From Laetmonice hystrix (taxonomy: Eukaryota), in the NCBI GenBank assembly GCA_965235115.1, contig OZ249449.1, positions 2,294,001 to 2,358,000 of the forward strand: DNA of 64,000 nt, read 5' to 3'. The notes below the pieces were generated by a model. The model ran no database searches. It worked only from the letters and a program-made list of their open reading frames with translations, and was not told where the DNA came from. The position numbers were made by a program, and so were the translations under genes. Positions 10,749-23,970 of the stretch are shown in pieces. How positions within the stretch are numbered: position 1 is the first letter of the stretch; every line of letters begins with the position of its first letter.

Positions 10749-13652
10749 GGGAGACGGATGAACCTGTTTGTCCTTTAAGGATTGAACAATTAACAGTTAC
10801 TGAAACAAGTTCGTGCGCAGTTCGAAACTCTTCCTACCTGAGCAGAAACGACGTTTTGCCTGTAGTCTACGGTGTCATTGTCAGTTTTTAAACTGTCAAC
10901 GGGTAAGGTATCTTTGAGATCTTTGTGAACATGTCATTAAGATTAGCATTATTATTGTGAGAATCTTTCCTCGCCAAACTAAGCTAAATGTTGCTCGGGG
11001 TCACACAAGGCTACTGAACTTGTTTTAAAACATCCGCGGGAGCATCTTAATAAGAAAGTCGACTTATTCTGTTTGTGTGCAGACAAGACTGACGCAAATT
11101 GTCATGGCAACGGTGGTTGGTACCAGGATGTTGGTGCCGCCCCTGGCGGTGATAGACAGTTTTACTGATCTCAGTCGTGTATAAAGTGTGCATGTCCAGT
11201 CATTTCAGTGTTTGTGTCAATGTCGTCAAGTCTACATTAAGATCTCCTTATATGGGCATCCAATCTACAAGGAGACCAGGGGATGTTTCAACAAGCGCAT
11301 CAGAATGTCCGAACGGTTGTAGGGTCTGGTACGTTTGGTCTGTCGTCGGTCGGAGGGTCGGACGCGCTTATTGAAACAGCCCCTGTACTATCGACTGTTC
11401 AATGTTCCTTTAGTTGATATCGTCAGTAGCGAGTACGTGACCAGTAAAAGTAAAAATGTCGTATGTCTTAATTATGACGTCATTATTGTTATGAGTGGCA
11501 CGTGACCACGCGACATTTGAATGGCTTAATTATGACGTAATTATTGAAATGAGTGACACATAATTTTGGGGCTGGCCCCCAAATAAAATGTCGTGTCCAG
11601 TCGACCAGTACTGTGTTGGTCTAATCGTGGAGTTATTTATTGTGAAACATATTTATACAGACAAAATAATAAACAATTAAGTGGTGAATGAAAGTGATAT
11701 TGTTTGTGTTTTGTACGGAATCTATCTGAATATATAAGTTGTCCCTGGCAACACTGCCGAATAGATTATAGCAGCTTCGGCGGCGCCACCATGGGAGCAT
11801 GGCGTGTGGTATACGGGGACTGGGAGCATGGTGTGGTGCTTGGGGGTTGGGTATATGACGGCCTAGATTCGGGTTGATTTAGCTCGGGAGGGGGGGGGGG
11901 GTATTAGTTCTGGGAGTTGAGTATTGAATTATTTGGGCCTATGACCATTATAGTTTAGGATTTTGCATAGATGTCTAAAGCTGGTTAGCACTGTTTTGAA
12001 CACCGATTGACAGCATCGAGGTGCAGACACCGACTGGAAATAGCAGGTGGACGGGGAGGGGGTCAACCAACTGGACATCACCATGAAGGCCCGAGTGCAC
12101 CCTGGCAGTGAAGGGCATTGATCACTCCTTTATTGAATCTGGGGTATACGTTCACGCACTTATAGGCGCGTCCGCCTATAAGCGGATTTTATCGTTTTTT
12201 GAGGGAATTTCAGAATAAAAAATCATCAGATATAGGCGCTTGGGCCTATATCCGGGTATAAGCACACCCTCAATAATATAAACGCACCCCAATATTCACA
12301 TAGCCGCAAATACACCCCCCCCCCCCAACCCCAATGGTAGAGTGCAATATTATTGCCACCGACAGCCCTAGCTTCGAGTGAAAAACATGGGCCCGGGCTA
12401 TGTCCATCCATGTTCTCAGCCGTACGGTAACACAACCTATAGGCCTATACAGGCGCATGTTTACGTATAGGCGCATGCGCCTAAAAGTTCGGCAATGCGG
12501 TAACAGGGCTGCGGAACTCCTAAATGCAATCAGCCGTTCGCAGCTCGTGTCAAAAATGATCCTCCAAAATAACCTTCTCCGCCATAGACCTAATGGGTAG
12601 ATCTAATACTGGAAGCCGTCTCGACTTAAACGAGGTTTGATTTCGGTATGCCCTGCTGCCGGGGTGTGTGTGGGGGGGGGGGGGGGGGGGGGGGTTGCAC
12701 GATGTTACAGAAAGAAAAATCGATCGATCAAGATAGGCCTATTAAGTCCATCGATCGACAAAGAAAAAAGAAAAAATATGTTATTGTGATGTCCTTTACC
12801 AGCCATCGCAAAAATATACACATGTCTTCTGCATGAAGAACTGCCATGTCTGCCTCCAGGGGCTGCATGTGTGAAAGGTTTGTCAGTCAGTTCTTTCCCG
12901 AAGGCCGGTGGTTTCATCCGGGTACTCTGGATTGATATGACTGGCTGTTGCAAGACGTAAAACCATGCCAAGAACTGCCAAGATCAAGCTGGCCAGACGC
13001 AACGGAAGCCCTCTACCCTCTCAAGTCCTCTGCTTGTAGATTAATTGGTACACTTGTTAAAGATGTCTGTTGTCGCACTGTCCTGAGAGTCAGCAACCCA
13101 TGCTGCCATCTGGCGGATAAATACCGAACTAATCGACCTTGAATGAAGGGACTGCCATTGCAAACATGTCTGTCATGGGCCGTCCATAAATTACATAACG
13201 CTATTCATTTCTGACCAAAATCTGACCCCCCCCCCAGCCCCCACCCTTGTATTTTTTTGTAGGCTAATGGGGCTTTATAATGGGCCATAACGCTTGGACA
13301 TAGGCCTAAGGCCTATACACACCCACCCCGACACACACACACACCGCCCCCACCCCGACACCCCTCATGGCCATGCGTGTAGTATACACCCCTACAGTGA
13401 TCTGGAAAAACCTATAAGTCGAGCTTTTGAGTTAGGCCCATTTTTGGACTTAGGCCTACTAGGTTTTGCCCTTTCATATAGTCCGCAATTCAAGGTTCTT
13501 GACCTGGAAAAACCTAGCGTTTGCAGCTTAATGCCAGGAAGACTGGTGTTCTCTGACCAGTGCGAAAGCCGGGCCGCCACCTGACGGCAAAGAATGGTAC
13601 TTACGCCGCCTAGCGGACTAACTAGTAACTAGAGATGACCCAGAAAGCGGCT

Positions 13653-13666
13653 GTGTCCATGGCAAC
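13653..13666 (+). promoter_or_regulatory. RFX X-box-like motif at the putative JHY promoter
   Basis: GTGTCCATGGCAAC (reverse GTTGCCATGGACAC). JHY is a ciliary gene and RFX controls ciliary genes, but similar half-sites are common in this window. Confidence 0.4.
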
Positions 13667-13672
13667 GTGTAA

Positions 13673-13786
13673 ATGAACCTTGGATGGAATCGATTTGGTG
13701 GGCGATGTTCAGTGCTTGTACCGGATATTTTGGATTTTTTACCCCGGATTACGATGAAGATTGAGAGTCTCTACCACGCAGTGAAG
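13673..13786 (+). other. JHY: Putative first (5'UTR or short coding) exon of JHY
   Basis: Strong donor GAAG|gtaagg at 13786; ATGs at 13673 and 13754 are in frame with the acceptor at 14974; X-box-like motif just upstream. Confidence 0.45.
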
Positions 13787-13932
13787 GTAAGGTTTATCTA
13801 CACTAGCTGACTATAGAGAGGCCCATTAAAAACTTTAGTTTTCCCTTCCGTATGAGGCCTAAATGATGATAAAAATAAAATCACATCCAGTCACACGGGC
13901 ACTGGTCCAGTGCCAGGGCCGCGACCGTGTAA

Positions 13933-14451
13933 AGGCCGGTGTCGCGGTCTCAGATCTCCGTGGTCTCAGATCTCCGGGAGGTTAGCTGCATTGCCGTGTG
14001 TTCTAGTCTAACTATCCGAAATATCAGCTCTCAGTTGAGTCACACGTAATAACTCTCATCTCCTCTACGATACTTGGTTTACAGTTTACCTATCCAGACT
14101 GTCCTTTAGTCTTGTTTGGAAGAAAACTCCACCGCCCATCAGCTAGCAGACGACCGGAGGTGTGAGCCCAAACAGCGACTCGCGCGTGCTCACTTAGTCA
14201 GATATAGCATCTAAACAATAGGAAACCATGCCCCCGGAGTTCTGAGACCAACGGAGATCTGAGACCGCGACACCGGTTTATAGTCCGTCGGCCGACCATC
14301 GGCCGATCATCGGCCGACCATCGCTCGACGTCAGGTCAAAGTTCACGCAGGCTTAACTCCCAGCGATCGGTCGATCGACGGCCGGATCGCTGGACTATAA
14401 ACGTTCAGCGATGGTCGACCGATGGTCGGCCGACGGACTATAAACCGGCCT
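13933..14451. mobile_element. Fused pair of MITEs in the putative JHY first intron (element 1 ~13933-14276, element 2 ~14273-14451, sharing CCGG)
   Basis: Inverted repeat ccggtgtcgcggtctcagatctccg / cggagatctgagaccgcgacaccgg, and ccggtttatagtccgtcggccgaccatcgg / ccgatggtcggccgacggactataaaccgg. Confidence 0.75.
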
Positions 14452-14973
14452 TAACCAAAGACCGACTAGACTGACTCTATATACTGTAATCGTCGGTCTT
14501 TGGTGTAACCACATCAAACTAATTATGAATTGATGAGTTACCTGTTCACGGTCGGGCGTTGTTGAGGATAAGTTTACGAAAATACTGAGCAGAGATTTTT
14601 CATGACCTCGGGGCTAGGCCTAGGCGTAGCCGTGGCGTAGGACATCTAACGTTATAGACTAGTCAGTGTAACTGTGTATAAAGTGTAAGCCTAGCTCTAT
14701 CTTTAGTACTGAATTTATTTTAATTTTTATTCATAACGTAGTCCCAAGTGACATACTTTTTTTTTAAATATTATAAATCACAGTACATGCACATTGTAGT
14801 GATTGAGACCATGTTCTGTATACAGGCACCGTTCTGACCGTGACTTGACGACAGCCGATAGTTACCATGACACCAGGCCATGACATGATCAGTACAAGAT
14901 GGGGGAGAGTTATCACGCCCCAGGAGGAGGAGGGATCATAACCCACAACCTTCAACTCCTATCTCTCCTCCAG

Positions 14974-17040
14974 GGATCTCCTCCAGGTGGTCAACAGGAG
15001 GTCATGGATCCACCCATTCAGAAAATCTACGTTGATTCTCCAGTGTTTGAACTGGAAGATGATTCCAAGTACAAATATGTCAGCACTAATGTGGATGACT
15101 TTGATGAGGATCAACACAAGGCGTTCCTCCAGGCTCGCTCCGGGGAGGACGTTACGGCAGCAGGGGGGTATGAAGACAATAAGGGTTTCCATGGTAATGA
15201 GGTGGAGGCCGAGTTGCCAGGCAGGAAAGACACGGTCAGACCCGGCCTTGTGCCGTCCCGTCCGTTCGGTCGTCGCGAGGAGGAGGAAGAAGATCTTGAT
15301 GAATTGAGGCGGGAGGAGGCGTACCAGGAAGGATTGAGACGTCGTCTCTCCGAACAGAATCGTGACGCGGAACAGCTCCAGATACCACGTCTTGATCTGT
15401 CTGACGATGAGGATAACCCTCGAGATTCCCTAGATCCATCACTAGGGGGCGCTGGTGGAGGTAAGATCCATGAGATTAGTCTCCGTGACTCGCTGGATTA
15501 CGTACAGCAGCGGGAGGACGAGGCTCGCCTCCGACACCTGATGGGGGATGACGAACGGGCTGGCTTCAATCTACATCTCAATGACCAACTCCAGGACGAT
15601 AGTGGGCCTCATCAATCAGCACCCCCTGGTGTATGGTCTCAACAACTCCAACAACAACTGATGGCAGAGAATCAGAGTGCGCGCCACCAATCGGACATAA
15701 ACACAGGCCAAACTGAGCCTCACGGACAGTTAGCACAGATGTTTACTATGCAGCAGCCTGGGCCAATGCAACATTATTATACAGATACCCAGGCCCCAGT
15801 GTATGTGCCAAGTCAGCATCCCAATAGTTTTATTTATCAGAGACCACCTGTAGAGTATTATCCAGAGGTAGGGGCCTACGGTCTAAGGTCCCACCAACAG
15901 GGGCCAAGTATTCAGGCCCTAGAACCTGGATATAATCAGCTTCAACCTGTTCCACCTCCACATTTCAGTCCCCAACACCAGGCCACGTATAGAACTGTAC
16001 CTCAGCTGCCCCAGCACCAGCCCACACATCCTCAACCAGAAACTTACTATACAGATTCCAGGGTTCCATCCCAGAACTATGATCAACCACAATATTCACC
16101 TTCCAGGGCCTCATATCAACAATATGAACGTCAAAACCCACTTCCTCCCCATCAATATATGCCCAGTCCAGTGGCTCCACCTGGTGTACAGGTCATACCC
16201 CAACAAGAAGAGCGTAACCATGACAATGCAGGGCCTTCAAGCCCTGTCAAGTATCGAGCTCGTGGGAGCCCAGCTTATACCGATGTTCCGCTCAAAGAAA
16301 AACCAAAAATTGATTTTTTAGAAAGAAACAAAAAAGACTATACCAGGGTTGCCCCTGGGGCTAAGCAGTCCTATGGACAACTTTTTACGGAAAAGAAGAA
16401 AATTAAGGAAAATGTTCCACCACCTAAAACCAAAGAGAAGACAAAGCCCGGTTCAAGTCCTGTGAAGGCAAGCCGCACCCAAGAGGTGACACGGGAAGAT
16501 ATGTTTCTTGTCAAGGATGGCGAACATCCCAACACAACCGAGAATTTCTGGTCGCAGCGAGCAAAAAGTCTGGCCGAGGCAAAGAGAGAGCGATCATCAG
16601 GGGTGCGGAAGACGAAACGTCCACCTCTGCAGAAGTATCCGAGCGAAAGCAGGGTTGATGACATGAAGAGTGTCCACTCAGCTCCGCCTCAACTACAGCC
16701 GATACAACCACCACCACGACAGGCGTTTACTGAACCAATCCGCTCTGAGCTTGTACCCAGCGAGGTGGTCGCAGGGGTCGGTCAACCCATCACCCATACA
16801 ATATACACAGATGATGGTCAGAGAGTTAGTGTGGATATAAACCTGAAACTGATGAGTCCAGGACCAACACTCCTCCACCAGCCTCAACCATACCCCGGCC
16901 TGCCCTCTGGTAGCATTCATCAGTACTACCACCCACAGGGGGCACCACTGATGGGGCCTGTACAGCAGCCACAGCTCCCCCTAGGGACCATTCAACGAAA
17001 CACGCCAGGACTTCCATACCAACCTGTCTACTCACAGCAA
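14974..17040 (+). CDS. JHY: JHY large exon (acidic, then Q/P-rich low complexity)
   Basis: 716-aa ORF; polypyrimidine acceptor ctcctccag ending 14973; donor CAA|gtaagt at 17040. Confidence 0.8.
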
Positions 17041-19376
17041 GTAAGTTAGCTTTTTACAATATAAGTGCCAGAGCCCTGCACCTATAACAATAACAGTAAC
17101 ATGGGCTTCTGATTGGCTGGCCTAAGCAAACCAGCCAATCAGAAGCCTGTTAGTTTACTTAAGTAAGATTTACTCAAGTTGAGAATTTTTGAAAAACTGG
17201 GCCCAGATTTACTTAAAATGCTGCAATAAAGGATTAACCCATGATTGTTAAAACTTAAATCACAATATAATCTTATGTGGTTTTCTGGGCCCCCAGGTCC
17301 AGAAGAGATGACATTTAGGTTTTGACATTTTGAAAAACTGGGCCCCGATTTACTTAGTGCTACAATCAAGGATTAACCCATTATTGTGATTATGACTTTA
17401 TGTTACGGGTGTTTTCTGGCCCCTAGGTCAGGAAGAGGTGACATTTAGGTTCGCCATTACCTAGACTATATAGCAAGGCTGGTGACTTGTTTTGACAGGC
17501 CCAGGGTCCAGTTTTTCAAAAATTCTCAACTTGAGTAAAGCTTACTTTAAAAGTAAACTAACAGGCTTCTCTTCTGATTGGCTGGTCTGCTTAGACCAGC
17601 CATTTACTTACTTTTTAAAAGTAAGCTTTACTCAAGTTGAGAATTTAAATTTTGAAAAACTCTGGGCCCCGATTTACTTAAAATGCAGCAATGAAGGAAC
17701 CCATTATTGTGGTACTAATTATCTTATGTTACGGGGGTTTTCTGGCCCCTAGGTCAGGAAGAGATGACATTTATGTTCACCACTATCTGTAGCAAGACTG
17801 GTGACTTGTTTTAGCAGGACTCAGGCTACAACATCCAACATGGAGCAGTACTGCCAGCAAGTGACCGGACGACTCCTCTCTCAAACCGCAGCAAGCCACC
17901 TACTGGAAGAATACCAACACCACTCAGCAGCCCCTTCAAGGTTCTACCTCCGATCAGCTCAGCTGAAGGCCACAGGGTAAGAATGAGACAACAGATTAAA
18001 AAGAAACTGATTTAAATTTGAATGTTTTTAGCTCATTTTTCTGATATAATAATAAAATGATCTGGGCCCAGTTTTTCAAAAATTCTCAACTTTAGTAAAG
18101 CTTACTTAAAGTAAACTAACAGGCTTCTGATTGGCTGACCTAAGCAGAGTGGCCAATCAGAAGCTTGTAACTTGTTTACTTAAGTTAGCATTACTCGAGG
18201 TGAGAATTTTTGAAAAACTGGGCCCTAGAACTGGACAAGTCCAGTGGTAATTTTCTGGCAGCCATAATAAATTATTGTCGTTAAAAATATTTTTTTATTT
18301 AAAACCAGGACGGAGCTGGATCAGATCTGCGGAGTAGACCAACGCCCCCTAGTGGCCAAGAGTCTTCACCACGGCATGATAATACAAGTTATCTTGCTGA
18401 GATGAGAAAGAAAAGGGATCGGAAACCTGTGGAGTATCGGCAGTATACGGTGGAGGATTATAAAAAACTTCACCGGGAGATACGCCTGGGGGGCCTTGGC
18501 CCTGACCTCGACAGTGAAACACTCAAGGAAAAGGTGGGTGTAATATGGATATTTATAATAATATTAATTTATTAATTAACTAGGTACATGAATAAGTGGC
18601 CTGTGATGTTTTTTCTTTTTCATTTATGACTTTATTTTTACCTGTAGCGTGACAAGCGCGAGAAACAGCTGGAGTATGCACAGCTGGTGAAGGACAAGAA
18701 TCGTCGTGGACTGGAGGTTGCCCCGAAGAAACCTGTCCTACACGGCCATCAACAGGAGGAGTCCTCCGACGAACTTCTCAACCGGAGGAGAATCGTGAGT
18801 CCTCAACTTTTAACTACAAGCAGTGTTCATGAATGTGAAGATTTTTATTATTTCGGGAAATAAGGGCCCAGTTTTTCAAAAATTCTCAACTTGAGTAAAG
18901 CTTACTTTTCTAACAGGCTTCGTATTGACTGGCCTTAGCAGACCAGCCAATCCATGCAAAGCCTGTTAGTTTACTTAAGTAAGCTTTACTCAAGTTGAGA
19001 ATTTTTTGAAAAACTGGGCCCATGTCTAGGGTAGTGAAGGTTGTTTTCAAGTGGCATGATCATCTAGCTTGGATATAAATTATAGTAAAATGTTTTGGGG
19101 ATCATGCATATATTTTACTCTTTTTTGCGACAGGCCATGGAGTATGCGAAGAGTGTGCCAAAACCTAAGGTGAAACCCCCAGCGCTGCCAAGTGACAAGC
19201 CGCGGAGGTCATCACAGTCAAACACCCGGTCAGCTCAGCCATCAGCGACCTCTACAGGCACGCCTGATGTACCAGACTTAATTGATCTCGCCAAACTCCG
19301 AGAGCGACATGAGCATGAGAAACAACAGGCTGCCATGATACGTCAAAACATGGAGGGTTTGGCAGGGCAAGGGTGA
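15004..19376 (+). CDS. JHY: Jhy protein homolog (juvenile hydrocephalus / C11orf63-like), ~936 aa from Met 15004; join(15004..17040,17818..17976,18309..18533,18648..18794,19134..19376)
   Basis: All junctions GT-AG and phase 0. The C-terminus YRQYTVEDYKKLHREIRLGGLGPD..QLEYAQLVKDKN..AMEYAKSVPKPK..LAKLRERHEHEKQQ matches the conserved JHY C-terminal motifs (YTLxDY..KLGGLGPD, ALEYAKTIPKP, RHEREKQ). Confidence 0.85.
17104..17205. mobile_element. MITE family A, left-truncated copy
   Basis: Centre plus right arm of the consensus. Confidence 0.8.
17504..17668. mobile_element. MITE family A copy (diverged)
   Basis: Both arms with small indels; an extra right-end fragment lies at ~17325-17346. Confidence 0.8.
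17818..17976 (+). CDS. JHY: JHY internal exon (DSGYNIQ..SAEGHR)
   Basis: ttttagcag acceptor, AGG|gtaaga donor, 159 nt, open frame. Confidence 0.75.
18065..18224. mobile_element. MITE family A copy
   Basis: Both arms; flanks CTG/CTA. Confidence 0.85.
18309..18533 (+). CDS. JHY: JHY exon with YTVEDY..LGGLGPD motif
   Basis: 225 nt, AAG|gtgggt donor, conserved motif. Confidence 0.85.
18648..18794 (+). CDS. JHY: JHY exon (RDKREKQLEYAQ..)
   Basis: 147 nt, cctgtag acceptor, ATC|gtgagt donor. Confidence 0.85.
18865..19020. mobile_element. MITE family A copy
   Basis: Both arms. Confidence 0.85.
19134..19376 (+). CDS. JHY: JHY last coding exon (AMEYAKSVPKPK..)
   Basis: ttttttgcgacag acceptor; stop TGA ends 19376; AATAAA near 19899. 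Confidence 0.85.
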   Translation, partial: AMEYAKSVPKPKVKPPALPSDKPRRSSQSNTRSAQPSATSTGTPDVPDLIDLAKLRERHEHEKQQAAMIRQNMEGLAGQG

Positions 19377-20088
19377 GAGAAATAACCCCAGTAAGGGGTA
19401 CAGGACAACCCCCACATTGAGGGGTGATGGACATAGCGAGACCAAATCCCCAGGGTGAGAGACAAAACGGCATGGATCGGGACCGGGGGTAAAACAAGAA
19501 CCCCTAGGGCGACAGACAGCAAACATTTTGTGGTGTCAAAGACAACAAATTCAGGTATTCATATCGACATTTCACAAATCAAACTCCTTCTATCATCCAG
19601 TTATCCTGGAAGAGTTTTGGTTTATGATGCTCCACAGATGTTGCCATGGTGACGCCTGACGTCGTTTACATAGCAGAGACAAGGATGACGTCAGCTAGCC
19701 CAGACTTGTGCCTGATAGAGACCACCGTGTTTGTATAAAGAGTGACATGTATAAAAACAGGATTTTGTTCTGTGACTGTGATACCAAAAATAGCCATACT
19801 CATGAAAAAAAACCATTCATGATAATTATTCTATTGACCTACGTTTAAAGCTTCCAATGGTGATCACAATCGATCACTACAGTTGGTGGGTGTTATAAAA
19901 TAAACTACCACACGTGGGATCGATTATCTTGATCAGTCCAGCAAGGCGTGGTGAACAAAACCACGGAAAGATGTTTTTTATTACCGTCCCATAGTGTGTG
20001 TATGATAGGGCTGGTTGGGCTCCGAGCTCGAGAAAAACGGTACTATTTCTACGGAGGAGGAGGTGGGGTTGGACTTGACCCACATATG

Positions 20089-20250
20089 GGCCCAGTTTTT
20101 CAAAAATTCTCAACTTGAGTAAAGCTTACTTAAATAAACTAACAGGCTTCTGATTGGCTGGCCTAGGTAAACCAGCCAAGCAGAAGCCTGTTAACTAAGT
20201 GTACTTAAGTAAGCTTTACTCAAGTTGAGAATTTTTGAAAAACTGGGCCC
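20089..20250. mobile_element. MITE family A copy
   Basis: Both arms. Confidence 0.85.
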
Positions 20251-20499
20251 AGATCATGTTGTGAAGTACTTTACTAAAAGTACATCATCTTAACTTTGTT
20301 ACATGTATACCGATACAACAATGTATCTCATGTACACTGCTTCGTTGTGCTTTTTTTTAAAAGAATTTCTGCGTAGAATGGAAATGGCGTTTTATTTTCT
20401 ATGCTGATAATGACTAGGTTTGTTGTATTTTTTTACTAAGACTCCAAGAGTTAGTAGAAGAAGCAGGTGGTGTTGTATTAGTCGTGGGGGGAGGACCTG

Positions 20500-21187
20500 G
20501 GCCCGGTTTTTTTGTTTTGTGCTTACCGTGAGCTGAGAAGTTGTGAGCTGAGCAGCATTTTACTGCTCACGTGAGCAGTGCTCACCGTGAGCAGCTATTC
20601 GGTTTTTTTTGTTTAATCTGAGCAGCTGCTCATGTGAGCACTTGCTCACGGTGAGCAAGACACCGTAACCAAGGATATATGACGGAACAGTCTATTGTCA
20701 TCACTCAGAGAAGGTGACGTCACAGTACTTTTGGAACTATTATAGACTTGAACAGTAGGGCCTCATTTCTAACGTCACAATAACAGCTGTGCCTGTGGCC
20801 GCGGTGTGACCCTGCCATGGCCAGAGTGGACACTGTCAGACTATTTTCAGCAACAGGCTGCTCTCAAAATCCTTTTTAAATTCAGAAACGTTATATGCAG
20901 GCTTATGGAGAACAACATTCTGCTCCCCGTGGTCAAAATAAGTAAAAGAAAGGAAGACAAAATTTATGTAAATTTGAGTGAAATTCTCCCTTGCTCACCC
21001 TTGCTCACGACACCGTGAGCATCCTTTTCGTGATCCTTTCCTTTTCGAGCAAATCTCACGAAAAGTGCTGCTCACAAAAACAAAAAAACCGGCGCGCTGT
21101 GCTCAGCCTGAGTCAGCTCACGAAAATGCTGCTCAGCTCACGAAAAGTGCTGCTCAGCTCACAAAAAGTAAACAAAAAAACCGGGCC
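20500..21187. mobile_element. ~690-bp non-autonomous DNA transposon with GGCCCGGTTTTTTT termini and GCTCAC/GTGAGC subterminal repeats
   Basis: TIR ggcccggttttttt / aaaaaaaccgggcc; flanks CTG/CAG. Confidence 0.75.
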
Positions 21188-21261
21188 CAGACCACCGGGC
21201 TGTCTGTACGTCTATAACTGCATGTCCAGTATAGATGTAGTACCTAAAGCTATATTATCAG

Positions 21262-21360
21262 GGTCCAGTTTTTCAAAAATTTTCAACTTGAGTAAAGCTT
21301 ACTTAAGTAAACTAACAGGCTTTTGATTGGCTGGTCTGCTTAGGCCAGGTATTTACTTAA
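21262..21360. mobile_element. MITE family A, right-truncated copy
   Basis: Left arm plus centre. Confidence 0.75.
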
Positions 21361-22526
21361 AGAAAGGCAAAATATTAGCTGTTCAGCTGTCTGTACATGT
21401 GCTTCTTACCTTATAGCTTCTTTCCAGCCCAAAATTAAACCCAATAGGCTGTTCAGAATAGAGAATTCGATAATAGAAAGAGGTGTGCTCTATAGAAGGC
21501 ACGAATATTGGAGTAGACCACCATTTTTGCCACGCCCATCGTATTAACCAATCAAAAAAGAGCGGGATTCCAGGACTCATGACGTCACTAAGTCGAACCA
21601 CAGCCCTGCCGCCATTCATTCAGGGGTAAAACTTGGTATCCTTCATACGCGTCTACACTCCTCCTATACAACTTTACAAGTCGTTTGGACTTTAGTCCAA
21701 GTTTTAAAAGTACTGGAGACTAGTGGAGTCGAGACAGGGAGAGGTTCATGATAATGTTATAGACTGTCGCTCAGGCAGCTTGAGCGACATGCAGTCAGCC
21801 CCCGTCCCCAGCATTGCTTTGGGGCTGTTCGCGGCTGACCGTCACCCTCAGCTGCAGTCTGAGACTGTCAGTCCTACAGTCAGGCCTTGTTCCTGGAGAT
21901 ATCACGTCACTTGAGCTCACCGCGAAATGAGCCCGTCATATGAGCCCCATCGGGTGGTCGCTGAGCCTGCCCGGGGTGAGCGAGGGAGCGGTGGCCGGTC
22001 ACTCGCCCGTTCGCTTACTCGCTCAAACTGCCGCCGGCCCGCCGGCCGCTTGGTGCCGGGGCTTGTAGGGGACCTGGGCCGGTCCGTTCGGCCCAGAAGT
22101 GTAGGGGGCCTCGCCCTCGGCTGGTCGGTTCGGCCTATGCTTGTTGAAGCAAGGGCCTCAGCCGGTAGAGAGCGGGATAGGGATCGGCTGCACTCAATTC
22201 GAAAAGACCGAAGACTAGCGCTATAAATAGCTATGTTGGCGGCTCTCGGTGCCTACTGCTACCGCGTCACTGCTTAGACACCTTGTACCATAGTCTATGG
22301 TGTCCTGCCACATGGAATGGGGTACGCACAAGTGACGTCATTTGCCAAGTGGGGAACCCCATGTTCTTGGCACAAGATGGCAGAGAACGGCCGGTGAGGA
22401 ATAGCGGTGGATTTTTAACGATTACTTTTTTGATCATTTTTTTCTGATTTTTTTAGAGGTCCAAGGTGCAAGGTATAGGATTGGTCTACCAGTGCAGCCC
22501 TATGTGATATAAATATTTTTCGTTGC

Positions 22527-22573
22527 TTTAAGTAAGCTTTGCTCAAGTTGAGAATTCTTTGAAAAACTGGACC
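22527..22573. mobile_element. MITE family A right-arm fragment
   Basis: taagtaagctttgctcaagttgagaattctttgaaaaactggaccc. Confidence 0.7.
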
Positions 22574-23312
22574 CTGGGCCTGGCTGCCAGACAATTTATA
22601 CAGACACTGGAGCCGGGGGGCGGCGGAGGCGACAAGGGGAGAGGCAAAGATACTCCCCTCTCACAACTGTTAAGTGAGGGGATTGGTGTATGCTTATCAA
22701 CAACGGCATCAACAAATAAAAATCTAAACAAATGTGCTAAACGGACTTTTGTTTTTGAATGTTGGCGTGGATCAGGATATGGTTCATAGTTATTGGTAGG
22801 AGCCAAAGCGGGAGGGGGAGGATGAGGGCAAGAAGGCTTACCGTTTTGGTCATCAGCCTTACGTTGGATCTATTGGGGATCACCGAACCCTCCTATTGAA
22901 ACATTGGGCGGAGCCAAAGGGGCAGGGGAGGATGAGGGTTTACAATTTTAGTCGTCAGCCCTACGTTGATTGGATCTATTGCTCCCCCTCCCCTCCTATT
23001 CAATATATCTTCCACATTTTTCAGAATACATGTAGGTGGATTGGGAACTTCTAAATATTCCAGAGAAACTTTACAAATGGCACCAAGTTTGACCCAATTT
23101 ACATGTCAATTTCGGGAATCTAACTTTCCTTTCCCATGAACGCACCATTTGTAAGAAAACCTGAGAAAGCAAGAAGTGAGACTTTGGTATACGTGGAACA
23201 TATCGTTCTGCATAAAATGGTAATGGGGTTTTATTTTCTATGCTGATATTTTAATTAGTAGCTTTGTTGTATTTTTTGTACTAAGAATTTATGTCCAAGC
23301 ATATAGTAGTTA

Positions 23313-23712
23313 TGCCCCTGATCCACCGGTGGCGACTGCTTCGCAACTGACTAGCCTAAAGAATCAAAGTTGCGAACCAGTCACAAACAAAACTTTGCAA
23401 CTGATTCGCAACTTTGATGACAAGTTGCGAATCAGTCGCGAAAGCTGATCCACCGGAAAATACAGTTGCCAAGTTCCAGTCGCCAGTGGGCGAAATCAAA
23501 CATGTTTGATTTCGCCAAGGGAGGTTGCGAACAGGTTGCAAAGCCAGGCGAGTTGCAGAGCCAGTTGCGAACTCCTCATGACAGGTGATCCACCAATTAA
23601 ATAGTGTTCGTGTCGTGTTCGTGACTGGGATGTCAACTGTAGGACTTCCCCGAGTTGCGAACAGGTTGCGAACGAGTTGCAAGGCCAAGTTGCCAGCGGT
23701 GGATCAGGGGCA
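23313..23712. mobile_element. 400-bp MITE with TTA target duplication (PIF/Harbinger-type)
   Basis: 25-bp TIR tgcccctgatccaccggtggcgact (2 mismatches), TTA on both sides, internal ttgcgaac/ttcgcaac repeats. Confidence 0.85.
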
Positions 23713-23814
23713 TTAGCGTTGTACTAGTCGCAGTGGAGCACGTGACAATCCGCTGCCTGTAGACCTATGTACATACATGTACGATGTATAGGCGTACCCG
23801 ATCCGCTATATCAG

Positions 23815-23970
23815 GGCCCAGTTTTTCCAAAATTCTCAACTTGAGTAAAGCTTACTTAAGTAAACTAACAGGCTTCCGATTGGCTGGTCTGCTTAGACCA
23901 GCCAATCGGAAGCTTGTTTGTTTACTTAAGTAAGCTTTACTCAAGTTGAGAATTTTTGAACAACTGGGCC
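23815..23970. mobile_element. MITE family A copy
   Basis: Both arms. Confidence 0.85.

Noticed and set aside
12130-12600. TAGGCG-rich block as a transposon
   Set aside because: Repeat-like, but I could not find terminal inverted repeats or a TSD.
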